A stretch of 64,000 nucleotides of DNA from Candidatus Bathyarchaeota archaeon (GTDB taxonomy: Archaea > Thermoproteota > Bathyarchaeia > 40CM-2-53-6), in NCBI GenBank assembly GCA_963726255.1, contig CAVSBL010000002.1:1632001-1696000 (forward strand). Direction: 5' to 3'. This document shows, piece by piece, positions 1 through 10,141 of the stretch (positions within the stretch are counted from its first letter, which is position 1; each line of letters begins with the position of its first letter). Under the pieces are notes generated by a model. That model saw only the letters and a program-made list of their open reading frames with translations. It did not search any database and was not told the DNA's origin. The position numbers and the translations under genes were made by a program.

Positions 1-700
1 TGGGCCGACCAGCTTGGGCATATCTGCCGGCGTGCGCAGCGCCACACTGTTCTCCCCCGACCATGGAATCTGGGGTTCCTCCAACCACCCCGGCGCATAT
101 GGCGGCGAATGGACCGTCATGGTCGACTTTGTGAACTGGTCTACATTGACTAGCAACTACCCGCCCGTCCCAGCTCTCTTGCAAGGTGAGTCACCCTACT
201 TCTATCCATACAATCACCTCGGTCCGTACAGGCAAATGACGTACACCAAGATTTCGAATGCACCACAAGGCGGCGATGCTTCAGCTGAATTTGAACTCGA
301 TTTGAGGGGTTACGTTAGTGGACTAGTTCTAGGAATGGATTGGGACCAAGACGATAGGACGACGAGCTGGACTAGTATTACTTTCGCTGGACAAGGCGCA
401 AGTTTGTACTGGTACACGTGGGATGGGTGGTTTGATGGCTACCTTGACCCTGGCAGTTACCACGCAACCTTTACCGAGTGGACGAGCGCGAATCAGGGGC
501 ATCTGTCGCGCTCCCTAGAGCTCGCAGTGTCACAAGGCCAGGCGAACAGCATAACCAACATAATACTTGACGAAAGCAACATAGCTATCCCTGAGAGTCC
601 AGGCTTCTACGCATTATTGCTGACCACATTCACGGTTTTAGGGTTAGTATTGCATTTCGGCAGGAGACGTATAGGACAGCAGTCTAAGAAACTAGCCTAG
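1..700 (+). CDS. C-terminal part of a secreted/cell-surface protein with a PEF-CTERM-like sorting tail (5' end outside the window)
   Basis: W/Y/T-rich beta-type sequence ending IPESPG, a hydrophobic helix, then RRR. Confidence 0.7.
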   Translation, partial: GPTSLGISAGVRSATLFSPDHGIWGSSNHPGAYGGEWTVMVDFVNWSTLTSNYPPVPALLQGESPYFYPYNHLGPYRQMTYTKISNAPQGGDASAEFELDLRGYVSGLVLGMDWDQDDRTTSWTSITFAGQGASLYWYTWDGWFDGYLDPGSYHATFTEWTSANQGHLSRSLELAVSQGQANSITNIILDESNIAIPESPGFYALLLTTFTVLGLVLHFGRRRIGQQSKKLA

Positions 701-702
701 TC

Positions 703-1833
703 TTACATCGTGCGTTTCGAGAGCACAATAGCTATGGGCATCAGTACTAGGCTGCTTATGAGTAGGATGAGAAGGTCACTCCAAATAGCGTTTAGTCCAG
801 CACCCAGATAGATCAAACGCCGGAGGGCATCATTCCCATAACTCCATGGCAGGCTGTCCGCGATTGCCCTACCACCAGGCGCCAGCATGAGTGGAGAATT
901 CGTAGTTCCAGCTAGGGTGAACAGAGGAAAAGTCATTGCTATTTCAAGAACAGTGAGTGTAGCCGACCCTCGAATCCTTGCCGACAGTGTCAGGCCTAAT
1001 GATAATGTGAAGACAGCGATGAGGATGGTGGTTAGGAAGATTAGGATAAGGTTTCCACGAATAACGAGCCCATAAAGGCTGAAGATTACCAGCATCAACG
1101 CCGTCCTTAGGACCGTCAAGACAACTGTCGCAAACATCTTACCGGAATAGACAGCGAACAGACTAACTGGGGAAAGAGCTAAACGAGGAAAGGTACCACG
1201 CTCACGCTCCCGACTAATCGCGTTCACAATATCGTCGAATCCCCCAAGAATTGCAATCATCCCCAGAAAGCCTGGTAGAATCGAGTCACCGCTGGGAGGG
1301 CGCCCTGACAGAGGCCTTGTGATTACCTGAATTGGGGCCACCTTTAGTCCGAAGTTTACGCCTCCCTCACCGCGGCTTACCTGATTGACAAGGTCCTGTG
1401 CGCCTTGATTCACGGCGGCAGAAACGAATGTTGAAGAGGTCAACTTCGAATTATCCGTAGAGATTATGACAAACGCGTTCCCTGTAGCGAGTGCGACACC
1501 AAATCCTTGCGGTATGACTATGGCACCGATGACCTGAGCATTGGAGACCTCCTGGTATGCTTGAGCTTCGGTCTGGACCAATTGCGTTACCTGAATGAAA
1601 CGGGACCTGGTCAGTTCATTGATCAGAGCATTTGAGGCGGGGGTTCCGTCTAAGTCAGCAACTACGACTGGTACGTTATGGGTTGTAGCGCTGAATGCGG
1701 CTACAATGACGATGAAGATCCCAATCAGGAGGATAGGGAACATGATGGTTAGAACGAGCGACACGGGATCGCGACGGAGTTGCTTCAGTTCTTTTTCTGT
1801 AATGCTTACGGTGTCGAGGATGAAACTTTTCAT
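703..1833 (-). CDS. ABC-2 type exporter permease
   Basis: KELKQLRRDP N-terminus, RERERGT motif, multiple TM helices. Confidence 0.9.
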   Translation of the reverse strand: MKSFILDTVSITEKELKQLRRDPVSLVLTIMFPILLIGIFIVIVAAFSATTHNVPVVVADLDGTPASNALINELTRSRFIQVTQLVQTEAQAYQEVSNAQVIGAIVIPQGFGVALATGNAFVIISTDNSKLTSSTFVSAAVNQGAQDLVNQVSRGEGGVNFGLKVAPIQVITRPLSGRPPSGDSILPGFLGMIAILGGFDDIVNAISRERERGTFPRLALSPVSLFAVYSGKMFATVVLTVLRTALMLVIFSLYGLVIRGNLILIFLTTILIAVFTLSLGLTLSARIRGSATLTVLEIAMTFPLFTLAGTTNSPLMLAPGGRAIADSLPWSYGNDALRRLIYLGAGLNAIWSDLLILLISSLVLMPIAIVLSKRTM

Positions 1834-2996
1834 ATGATGAGCCGCTCCCGAGACAGGTGAAGCAGGACAAGGGCGAGTGCGTAGGACGCGATTATGGATC
1901 CAATCAAGTACTCAAGATCGAGCGTGAGAGTCAGCAAAGGCCTGCCGAGCAGAATGGTTCGCCTCAACGCGTCGAAAGCATAAGTGAATGGCAATAAGTT
2001 GCCTACCACCTGAGAGACGCCGACCAAGAGGTTGTTATCAATGATTAGGCCGCTGAAAGCGAAGAGGAAGAGTATCAGAAAGAATTCTGTGATAACCACA
2101 GCCCGCTGCCCCATCTTCAACGCTGCCGCCACGAAACCTATACCCATCGTAACTAGGGCAACGATCAAAGAGAGAGATAGCAGGGTGAGGAAATCTGTGT
2201 TCGGCCTCGCCCCATAACCAAGAATCGAGATTCCCAGAACCGTGAAAGTTCGAATGATGCTCAATAGAATGTCGAACATTGTTTTGCCCAACACTATTGA
2301 GCCTATAGGGATAGGTGAGACCAGAAGGCGTGCGTACGTTCCATCCTCTCGCTCCCGAGACATGCCCCCAGCGATCTCGTAGAAACCTGCAAAGATTTGC
2401 ACTATCGCGAGCACAATGGTCAGTCCGACATTGAAACCTGCGAAGACTGCCCCCTTACTGACGATTCCAACGCCAGCCACTGATTGCCGCTGCAACTGGC
2501 TTAAAATGGGTTGAACCTCGACGTTCGGGTCGAAATTCTGCACATAACCGGTGAGTGTGGCTTGGATCTGGTCGGAGACCCCTGGCTCGCTGTCATCCGT
2601 GTAGAGAACAACCTTTGCTTGACTCCCGCTGTTCAGATCGTTTTGAAATCCTTTCGGAACAACGATCACAGCATAGATGTACTTCGTTCCCAACTCGGCT
2701 ATCGCGGCTTGGTCATTGTAGCTTTGTATTAGATTATGGAAATCCGGCGAGCTAGTAAGGGTCTGCAGGAGGCGAATTGAAGCAATCGAGTTGTCGTTAT
2801 CTACGAACCCGATTGGGATACTAGCAGTTGGAGAGAACGTCGTGCCTGCTCCACCTTGACCAGCCCCTAGAGATACCGTGAAGAATAATGGCAAAACGAC
2901 GAGCGAGATGAGTATAGCGCTCCTGTTCCTGCGGAACTGACGAAACTCGTTCTCGGCAACGGCCAAGGAATCAGCGAGAAAGGTCACGAACGCCAT
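1830..2996 (-). CDS. ABC-2 type exporter permease
   Basis: REREDGT motif, extracellular loop, LPFTYAFDALRR; overlaps the next gene. Confidence 0.9.
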   Translation of the reverse strand: MAFVTFLADSLAVAENEFRQFRRNRSAILISLVVLPLFFTVSLGAGQGGAGTTFSPTASIPIGFVDNDNSIASIRLLQTLTSSPDFHNLIQSYNDQAAIAELGTKYIYAVIVVPKGFQNDLNSGSQAKVVLYTDDSEPGVSDQIQATLTGYVQNFDPNVEVQPILSQLQRQSVAGVGIVSKGAVFAGFNVGLTIVLAIVQIFAGFYEIAGGMSREREDGTYARLLVSPIPIGSIVLGKTMFDILLSIIRTFTVLGISILGYGARPNTDFLTLLSLSLIVALVTMGIGFVAAALKMGQRAVVITEFFLILFLFAFSGLIIDNNLLVGVSQVVGNLLPFTYAFDALRRTILLGRPLLTLTLDLEYLIGSIIASYALALVLLHLSRERLII

Positions 2997-3014
2997 CTGA
3001 GAATCGACTGCATT

Positions 3015-4013
3015 CTATGCTTTCTGTCCTGCACCTTCAAGAAATCTGTCGATTTCCTCTTCGCCACCGGTTAACGCAATGAACGCTTCTTCAAGCGTTG
3101 GGTCCTTCGTGTTAATCGTCCTAATCTTGGCTCCAACATTAAGTAGCGCGCCAGCAACTTCCTCGGCAAGCGTCTCTGTTCGTTCACAGCTGATTAGAAG
3201 CTTCGAATCTACATACTTAACATTGCAAACGTGGTTCATTCCCTTAAGCTTGAGTTTCACCTTATCGAGCTGAACCTTCGATAAATCGGGAGTTTCGACT
3301 TCCACCATCGAGAGTTCGCTTACACTATGCTTCAGCTCATTCGGAGTGCCAACCTGCACCAACCGTCCCGCGAACATGATACCAACCCGGTCACAAATCT
3401 TCTCGGGCTCACTCATGTAATGAGTTGTCCAAATTACTGTGACACCTTCATCGCATTGTTTCTTCGTGAATTCCTGAAGGGCGATTGCTGATTGGGGATC
3501 GAGGCCGGAAGTCACCTCATCAAGGAACAGCACTTGAGGTCTGTGAAGCAAGGCAGCGCATATCATCGCCTTTTTCGCCCACCCTGTAGAGAGTGCACCC
3601 ACTAGTCGAGTTGCCTTTTCTCTGAAAGCGAACATATCCATCAGCTCTCGTATGCGTACCTCCGCTTTGGGACGCGGAATCTCGTAGAGCGTGCTCAGCA
3701 ACTTGAGGTTCTCTTCAATCGATAAGTCCTTGTATAGAGAAACTCCCTCAGAGACCACACCTATCTGCCGTCTGACCTCGGCCGCTTGCTCGCGAATGTC
3801 ATATCCTACAACGCTGGCCGTTCCATGTGTCGCTTCAATGAGAGTACAAAGCAGACGGACGGTAGTGGTTTTTCCCGCGCCATTCGGACCAAGCAGACCA
3901 AACAGCTCTCCTTTCCTAACATCCACATTTAAGCCGTCTACTGCAGTGAAACGACCGAACATTTTCGTCAAAGCCTTTGTTAGGATGGCTACTTCGGGCA
4001 TATCGATCATCAT
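3015..4013 (-). CDS. ABC exporter ATP-binding subunit (DrrA-like)
   Basis: Walker A GPNGAGKTT, LFLDE Walker B, TTH, C-terminal PTLEEAF. Confidence 0.95.
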   Translation of the reverse strand: MMIDMPEVAILTKALTKMFGRFTAVDGLNVDVRKGELFGLLGPNGAGKTTTVRLLCTLIEATHGTASVVGYDIREQAAEVRRQIGVVSEGVSLYKDLSIEENLKLLSTLYEIPRPKAEVRIRELMDMFAFREKATRLVGALSTGWAKKAMICAALLHRPQVLFLDEVTSGLDPQSAIALQEFTKKQCDEGVTVIWTTHYMSEPEKICDRVGIMFAGRLVQVGTPNELKHSVSELSMVEVETPDLSKVQLDKVKLKLKGMNHVCNVKYVDSKLLISCERTETLAEEVAGALLNVGAKIRTINTKDPTLEEAFIALTGGEEEIDRFLEGAGQKA

Positions 4014-4058
4014 TCAGTTCGGAATGCTGAGGGAGAGCAATGAAGCGAGCTTTTGAGG

Positions 4059-4610
4059 TTATTGCTTCGCGTGCCATTCAATCTCTCGCTTACTCTCCCT
4101 GTGATTTGCTAACCGAGCCATTACGAAGAGCAGGTCTGAGAGGCGATTCATATACGGGAACAATTGTTCGTTTACCGGCTCTGCCCTGCTGAGGGCAATG
4201 ACTCGTCTCTCTGCACGTCTGGCTACCGTTCGCGCATTATGGAGCAATGCCCCTGCCACACCGCCCCCGGGAAGGATGAATGCCGTTAGCGGCTGCAGTT
4301 CGGCTTCAAATCTGTCGATTGTATTTTCCATTCCAATGACCTTCTCCTTCGAAATCTTGGGAACGTTGCGCTGCTGATGCTCCGCTGTGGAAGCCAAATC
4401 GGCCCCCACTACGAATAGATCGTTCTGCAATTCCGATAAGAGATCATCGAGTTCGCGGTCGTGTATAAATGCCCTTGCGATTCCAAGGACTGAATTAAGT
4501 TCGTCCACGCTCCCGTAGGCATCAACACGCAAGGAGTCCTTGGGAACCCTAGCCCCGCCAACGAGACCAGTCTCACCTTTGTCGCCGGTTCGCGTGTATA
4601 TCTTTGCCAA
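4059..4610 (-). CDS. pduO: ATP:cob(I)alamin adenosyltransferase, PduO type
   Basis: KIYTRTGDKGET, GSVDELNS, ARRAERR, NRLSDLLF; start placed at TTG 4610. Confidence 0.93.
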   Translation of the reverse strand: MAKIYTRTGDKGETGLVGGARVPKDSLRVDAYGSVDELNSVLGIARAFIHDRELDDLLSELQNDLFVVGADLASTAEHQQRNVPKISKEKVIGMENTIDRFEAELQPLTAFILPGGGVAGALLHNARTVARRAERRVIALSRAEPVNEQLFPYMNRLSDLLFVMARLANHRESKREIEWHAKQ

Positions 4611-4686
4611 TTTCGAGTACTCGCCATTAAAAGGGGCAGGACAGCAATTTAGGGGCGTTGGTGCGCACCGGCTGAGGAGAGTCGAA

Positions 4687-5559
4687 TTGAAGATAGGCGT
4701 ACTCTTGGACGAGCCTGAGATCATCCCTGGATTTGATTACACATTCTATGAGGTGAAGCCATCGAGCGGCAGAATAAATCAGCCTCTTCCGAAAGCGTGG
4801 AACGTCGTGAATTGCTTCGCCGATAACACGATCACTCAAACTAAACCTGAGCTTGTAGCCACATCGAAGGGAGAGCGAGCAGCGAGGGGGACCCCCAAGC
4901 ACTTTCTATGGGATTGGATTTGCCCCTCCCGCGCTGAATATCGCGATTACTGTTTGAAAGTGATTCAAGATGTCGCACGCCACGAAATTGATGGAATTCG
5001 TCTGGATAGTGTGTGCTTCCCAAGGGAAAACTACTGTGACTGCCCCAATTGCACAGACCTGAGTAGAGAAAGCGACATGGATTTCATAGAATGGCGATCT
5101 AGTCAAATCGAGTCTTTCATTCGCACCGTGCGGGAGAGCATCACATGCAGTCTGGGTCTAACGTTGGAACCCGACCCATGCTATGGAAAAGAAAGATTCG
5201 GCTTGGACCTAGAGAAAATATCGGAATATGTCGACTTCCTTTCCACACCGCTCTACATGGACTACTCGATTGTCTATTGGCTGGACATAATCGCAAACTG
5301 TTTTCGACGCAAGATATCGAAGCCTTACTTCATTGAACTCTACGCAGGGCATCCAAGAGCACCCACAAAACATCTCGTATCCGCATTGGCTGTGGCTTCC
5401 GGGTTCGCTGACTGCGTCGTTCTCTCGACGTATGAGGCGAAAATCGCCAAGGACCTTCAACGGGAGATGATGCAGAACAAAGAAGTCACGACGTTCTTCG
5501 AAGAGCGGGAATGTGCCGCCATGTTGGAGGTTCTGAATCGATGGCGGGAAATTCTCTGA
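4687..5559 (+). CDS. Putative glycoside-hydrolase-like TIM-barrel protein with Cys cluster
   Basis: WICPS..EYR, DGIRLDSVCFP..YCDCPNC resembles GHL10/DUF187-like proteins; start placed at TTG 4687. Confidence 0.5.
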   Translation: MKIGVLLDEPEIIPGFDYTFYEVKPSSGRINQPLPKAWNVVNCFADNTITQTKPELVATSKGERAARGTPKHFLWDWICPSRAEYRDYCLKVIQDVARHEIDGIRLDSVCFPRENYCDCPNCTDLSRESDMDFIEWRSSQIESFIRTVRESITCSLGLTLEPDPCYGKERFGLDLEKISEYVDFLSTPLYMDYSIVYWLDIIANCFRRKISKPYFIELYAGHPRAPTKHLVSALAVASGFADCVVLSTYEAKIAKDLQREMMQNKEVTTFFEERECAAMLEVLNRWREIL

Positions 5560-5606
5560 TGGTATTACTGCTTGTTGGTTCAACGCACATTTTTGTACGC
5601 TGTAGC

Positions 5607-5614
5607 TTTAAATA
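5607..5614 (+). promoter_or_regulatory. TATA box of the trp operon
   Basis: TTTAAATA about 50 nt upstream of ATG 5665; GAGGA SD-like at 5653-5657. Confidence 0.6.
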
Positions 5615-5664
5615 AAGTAGTGTTGTGAAGTATGAAGCATCACGTCACTGCAGAGGAAGCATAA

Positions 5665-5721
5665 ATGGGGTATAGCCTTTGGGCGGCAGGCCCAACAACT
5701 AACGGCGCAAACAGAGCATAG
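5665..5721 (+). other. trp leader ORF MGYSLWAAGPTTNGANRA (18 aa, one Trp), overlapping the trpE frame
   Basis: ATG 5665 to TAG 5719-5721; CTT 5677-5679, TGG 5680-5682. Confidence 0.55.
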
Positions 5722-7072
5722 GCTGAAGCTTCAGAAGTTTCGGTACTCGACGAACCCCCTGCAAACTTTTCTTGCGCTCAGCAATCAAAGCGAATACTGT
5801 TATCTGCTCGAATCTGCTGAAGGCCCAAGAAAACTCGCGCAGTATTCTTTCATTGGGTTCTCCCCTGAAAAAACCGTCGAGGTGAAGGATGGCCGTTATA
5901 CGGAGACAATCTCCCGAGGAGAATCCACGACAGTTCAAACAGACGATCCATATTTGCCGCTTCGGAAAATACTGGCTGAGAATTTCACAAGATATCATGG
6001 GTTCAGATTCGTAGGTGGCCTAGTGGGCTACTTCTCCTACGATGCAATTCGCTATTTGGAATCTTTACCCAGTAGAGCCCGCGATGACCTTAGACTTCCG
6101 GACTTCGAGTTTGGAGCCTACGACGATGGAATCGTATTCGATCACTTGGCAGGTCAAGCCTACTATTACTGGTACAAGAATAATCGGTTGAGAGAGATTG
6201 AACGGCTTCTGGCCTACAAAACAACGCCAACGACTCTGATTGTTGAGAACCCGCGAACAAACTTAAAGCGAGAGCACTTTGAATCGATGGTGGGCGAGGC
6301 TAAGCGTTACATTAGAGCCGGCGATATATTTCAGGTCGTACTCTCAAAACGTTTTGAATTTGCGTTCAAGGGCGACCTTCTCAATTTCTACAAAGTATTG
6401 CGGGAGATCAACCCCTCGCCGTACATGTATTACCTGAAAATGAAAGACCGTGCGATAGTGGGCTCAAGCCCCGAGATGCTCGGTAGAGTTGACAAAGGTC
6501 GTGCAGAAACCTTTCCAATAGCCGGCACGCGCCCTGTCGGCAAGAACGATAGAGAAGACCAACGCTTGGCTGATGAACTACTGAAGGACCCGAAAGAACA
6601 AGCCGAACACATTATGCTCATCGACCTAGCAAGAAACGATCTTGGAAAAGTCTGTCAGTTCGGAACGATTGAAGTCCCGGACTTCATGACCGTCCAGAAA
6701 TACAGTCACGTCCAACACATAGTCTCAAGAGTTTTAGGCCAACTGCGGCCCGATTGCGACGCGCTGGACAGTTTCAAAGGAATCTTTCCAGCCGGCACAG
6801 TCTCCGGAGCGCCGAAGAAGAGAGCGATGGAAATTATCGAGGAGTTGGAACCGTCTCGCAGAGGACCATACGCTGGTGCAGCCGGCTATTTCTCGTACAA
6901 CGGCAACTCAGATTTCGCAATTACCATCAGGACCCTAGTCGCCGATGGAAACAAGGCCTACGTGCAGGCCGGGGCAGGGATCGTCGCAGACTCTCAACCG
7001 ACACGAGAATGGTTCGAAACAGAACACAAGGCCAAAGCACTCATTCACGCCTTGAAAGTTAGTGGAATCTGA
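5665..7072 (+). CDS. trpE: Anthranilate synthase component I (start unresolved: +1 shift from ATG 5665, CTG 5723, or an indel)
   Basis: Frame is open upstream of GTG 5882 and encodes YLLESAEGPRKLAQYSFIG; GDIFQVVLS, NPSPYM, EHIMLIDLARND, PAGTVSGAPK. Confidence 0.95.
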
Positions 7073-7073
7073 A

Positions 7074-7655
7074 ATGAAGGTATTGGTCATAGATAATTTC
7101 GACTCGTTCGTATATAACCTCGCCCAATATGTTGGACAATTAGGAGCCGAACCTGTCGTCTACCGAAACAACCAAGTCACATTGCGTGAAGTCGAACAAT
7201 TGGAACCAGACAGGATAATCATCTCGCCAGGCCCCGGCCGACCTGATGATCGCAAATACTTCGGAATTTGCTCAGACATCATAAAGAAATTCGGCCCACG
7301 CGTGCCAACTCTTGGAGTATGCTTGGGGCATCAAGGTATTGCGTATACTTTCGGCGGGTCGATAGTGCCCGCGAAACAGCTCATGCATGGAAAGACTAGT
7401 TTGATCGAGCATGAAAACAATGGGTTGTTCAAAGATGTTGAAAACCCTCTGCGCGCAACAAGATACCATTCACTTGTTTGCTCAAGGAAGAATTTTCCGA
7501 AGTGCCTAGAAGAAACCGCAACCTCAACTGACGACGGCGAGATAATGGGATTGAGACATCGAGAGCATCCCATTTATGGCGTCCAGTTCCACCCCGAATC
7601 CATCTTGACTTCTGAAGGCCTAAAGATCATGAAGAATTTCCTGGACGGACCCTGA
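7074..7655 (+). CDS. trpG: Anthranilate synthase component II
   Basis: IDNFDSF, SPGPG, GVCLGHQ, RYHSL, QFHPES. Confidence 0.96.
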   Translation: MKVLVIDNFDSFVYNLAQYVGQLGAEPVVYRNNQVTLREVEQLEPDRIIISPGPGRPDDRKYFGICSDIIKKFGPRVPTLGVCLGHQGIAYTFGGSIVPAKQLMHGKTSLIEHENNGLFKDVENPLRATRYHSLVCSRKNFPKCLEETATSTDDGEIMGLRHREHPIYGVQFHPESILTSEGLKIMKNFLDGP

Positions 7656-7657
7656 GA

Positions 7658-8719
7658 TTGATTAGAGAAGCCATTCAACTGTTAGTGGACCGGAAGGACT
7701 TGCCCTTCGAACTCGCGCAGCAATCAATGCGAGAGATTATGGTGGGAGAAGCAACACCCTCTCAGATCGGTGCGTTCCTAACATCGCTTCGGATGAAGGG
7801 GGAAACTGTTGAAGAAATCACTGCCCTCGCTATGGTAATGCGTGATAATGCCGTTCGAATAAACCCGCATGTGAGCGGAAGGACGGTTGACACTTGTGGG
7901 ACAGGGGGAGACCGGTTGAAAACATTCAACGTGAGTACCGCAGCTGCCCTTGTCGCAGCCGGTGCGGGCGTAGCTGTTGCAAAGCACGGAAACCGTTCGG
8001 TCACCAGTAAATGCGGCAGCGCAGACGTTTTGGAAGCGATTGGGGTCAATCTGAACGTTCCACCCTTAACGGTTCAGAGAGCAATAGAACAGGTAGGGAT
8101 TGGTTTCATGTTCGCGCCCGCATTCCACCCGGCAATGAAGAATGCTATTGTTCCACGACGGGAGATAGGGGTTCGAACGGTTTTCAATATCCTCGGCCCA
8201 CTCACAAACCCTGCCAACGCGAGTGCGCAAGTCCTAGGAGTCTACGACCCAAAGCTTGTTGAGCCCATGGCACAGGTGTTGCAGAAACTCGGTACCGAAG
8301 AAGCCATGGTAGTCCACGGCGTCGAAGGCCTGGACGAAATATCAACCATAGGCAAAACTAAGCTTGCATGGTTGAAAGACGGACAGACCACGAGCAGAGA
8401 AATCACCCCGCAAGACCTGAACCTCAAGCAAGCTCGACCCAACGAAATTTCCGGCTTTGACATCAACCAAAACGCCAAGCTGCTCGTTCACATAATCAAT
8501 GGCAGCGAGGATAGGCTCTCGACAAGGCTTCAGATGGTTCTTGCAAACGCCGCAGCTGCAATCGTGGTTGGAGGAAAAGCACACGACTTAGCAACTGGTG
8601 TGGAAGTCGGCCGCGAGGCCATTGCAAGTGGAAGGGCGTACGAGAAGCTGAAGCAGCTGATCGAAATCACGAACGGCGACGAGTCCAAACTTGAAAGGAT
8701 AGAATCACAAAATGCCTGA
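7658..8719 (+). CDS. trpD: Anthranilate phosphoribosyltransferase
   Basis: DTCGTGGD, FNVST, KHGNRSVTSKCGSAD, GPLTNP. Confidence 0.97.
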   Translation: MIREAIQLLVDRKDLPFELAQQSMREIMVGEATPSQIGAFLTSLRMKGETVEEITALAMVMRDNAVRINPHVSGRTVDTCGTGGDRLKTFNVSTAAALVAAGAGVAVAKHGNRSVTSKCGSADVLEAIGVNLNVPPLTVQRAIEQVGIGFMFAPAFHPAMKNAIVPRREIGVRTVFNILGPLTNPANASAQVLGVYDPKLVEPMAQVLQKLGTEEAMVVHGVEGLDEISTIGKTKLAWLKDGQTTSREITPQDLNLKQARPNEISGFDINQNAKLLVHIINGSEDRLSTRLQMVLANAAAAIVVGGKAHDLATGVEVGREAIASGRAYEKLKQLIEITNGDESKLERIESQNA

Positions 8720-9485
8720 CATCCTAAGCAAATTAGTTGAAGATGCCAAAAGAAGGATCAGCAGTGGATACTACGAGATTGAAGAGACTACAAGACACCA
8801 ACCCATTAGCCTCACCCGCGCACTAAATTCAGCTCACAACAATGCCATAATCGCAGAGATCAAACCCATTTCACCCGCGCTAGGCCCCCTACGTCCAAAC
8901 ATTGACCCAGTCGATGCAGCCATCAAGCTAGCCAGAGGCGGCGCGGTAGCCTTATCGGTTCTAACTGAACCCGACAACTTTGGCGGCAAAATAGATTACT
9001 TGAGAAGAATCAGAGAGAAGGTGGACCTTCCCCTCCTTATGAAGGACATAATCGTTCACAAAGCACAGATTCAGGCTGGCAGGGAATCTGGCGCCGACTG
9101 TGTACTCCTCATAGAATCAGTATTCTCAGCACACCACGCGCCCCTTGAAAGTCTAATTCAATACGCACACCAGAACCAACTGGAAGTTCTCCTAGAAGTT
9201 CACAGCGAAGAAGAGCTGGAAAGGGCTCTGGTAAGTGAGGCGGACATCATTGGTGTCAACAACAGAAACCTCGCGACCCTCGAAACCGACCTCAACACGA
9301 CTGCACGACTTCTCAACAGAGTTGATGAAAAGTGTGGAAAGGCGCTCATAAGCGAGAGCGGTTTTGAAAACGCAAGGGACATACGCAAGTTGAAGTCAAG
9401 GCCAGTGGATGGTTTTCTGATAGGCTCTTCAATTATGCTCTCAGAGGACCTGGAACGTAAGGTCCGGGAGTTCGTACTTGCCTAA
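8712..9485 (+). CDS. trpC: Indole-3-glycerol phosphate synthase
   Basis: IIAEIKPISP, SVLTEP, LEVH, GVNNRNL, SESG. Confidence 0.96.
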   Translation: MPDILSKLVEDAKRRISSGYYEIEETTRHQPISLTRALNSAHNNAIIAEIKPISPALGPLRPNIDPVDAAIKLARGGAVALSVLTEPDNFGGKIDYLRRIREKVDLPLLMKDIIVHKAQIQAGRESGADCVLLIESVFSAHHAPLESLIQYAHQNQLEVLLEVHSEEELERALVSEADIIGVNNRNLATLETDLNTTARLLNRVDEKCGKALISESGFENARDIRKLKSRPVDGFLIGSSIMLSEDLERKVREFVLA

Positions 9486-9496
9486 GGAAGACGACA

Positions 9497-10141
9497 ATGC
9501 GAGTCAAAATCTGTGGCTTGATGCGACCGAAGGATGTGAGGTTTGCTTTGGATAGCGGCGCAGATGCCGTCGGTGTCGTTGTAGCCAGCCCATCTTCCCG
9601 AAGAAACTTACCATTGAACCAAGCACGAAAGTTGATGAGAACGGTTCCAATCTTCGCCATGAAGGTGGTGGTCACCTCCGCAAATGATGGGAAAATCCTG
9701 CTCAGGATTTGCTCCAGTCTTAGGCCTGACGCACTACAGCTCCATCAACACCAGCGGGAGCTAGTACGATCGATTAGGCGAAAACATCCTGAAACCAAGC
9801 TCATTCTTGCCACAGCGATTAGTGGCCCTTCTGGATTGCGGCAGGCATGTATGGCATCGGGGTATTCAGATGCTGTTTTGGCAGACTCACCCAACCATGA
9901 CGGGATGGGTGGCACAGGCCGAACTCATGACTGGAACCTCACGGCAACTCTTCGCGACAGGATATACCCTCATCCCTTAATCCTGGCGGGGGGGCTAACT
10001 CCAAGCAATGTTCAAACGGCCATCAAAAAGGTCAGGCCATTCGCGGTAGATGTTTCAAGCGGCGTGGAGAAGACAGTGGGAGTTAAGGACCCACGTAAAA
10101 TTCGGGACTTCATAATGAGAGCAAAGGAGGACATGAATTGA
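9497..10141 (+). CDS. trpF: Phosphoribosylanthranilate isomerase
   Basis: [26 protein letters not shown]. Confidence 0.96.
   Translation: MRVKICGLMRPKDVRFALDSGADAVGVVVASPSSRRNLPLNQARKLMRTVPIFAMKVVVTSANDGKILLRICSSLRPDALQLHQHQRELVRSIRRKHPETKLILATAISGPSGLRQACMASGYSDAVLADSPNHDGMGGTGRTHDWNLTATLRDRIYPHPLILAGGLTPSNVQTAIKKVRPFAVDVSSGVEKTVGVKDPRKIRDFIMRAKEDMN

Noticed and set aside
5632-5664. ORF MKHHVTAEEA* abutting the trp leader ATG
   Set aside because: No Trp codons, and its ATG probably lies just upstream of the TATA-predicted TSS (about 5637).
5665-5760. Classical trp attenuator
   Set aside because: No tandem Trp codons and no terminator hairpin with a U-tract.
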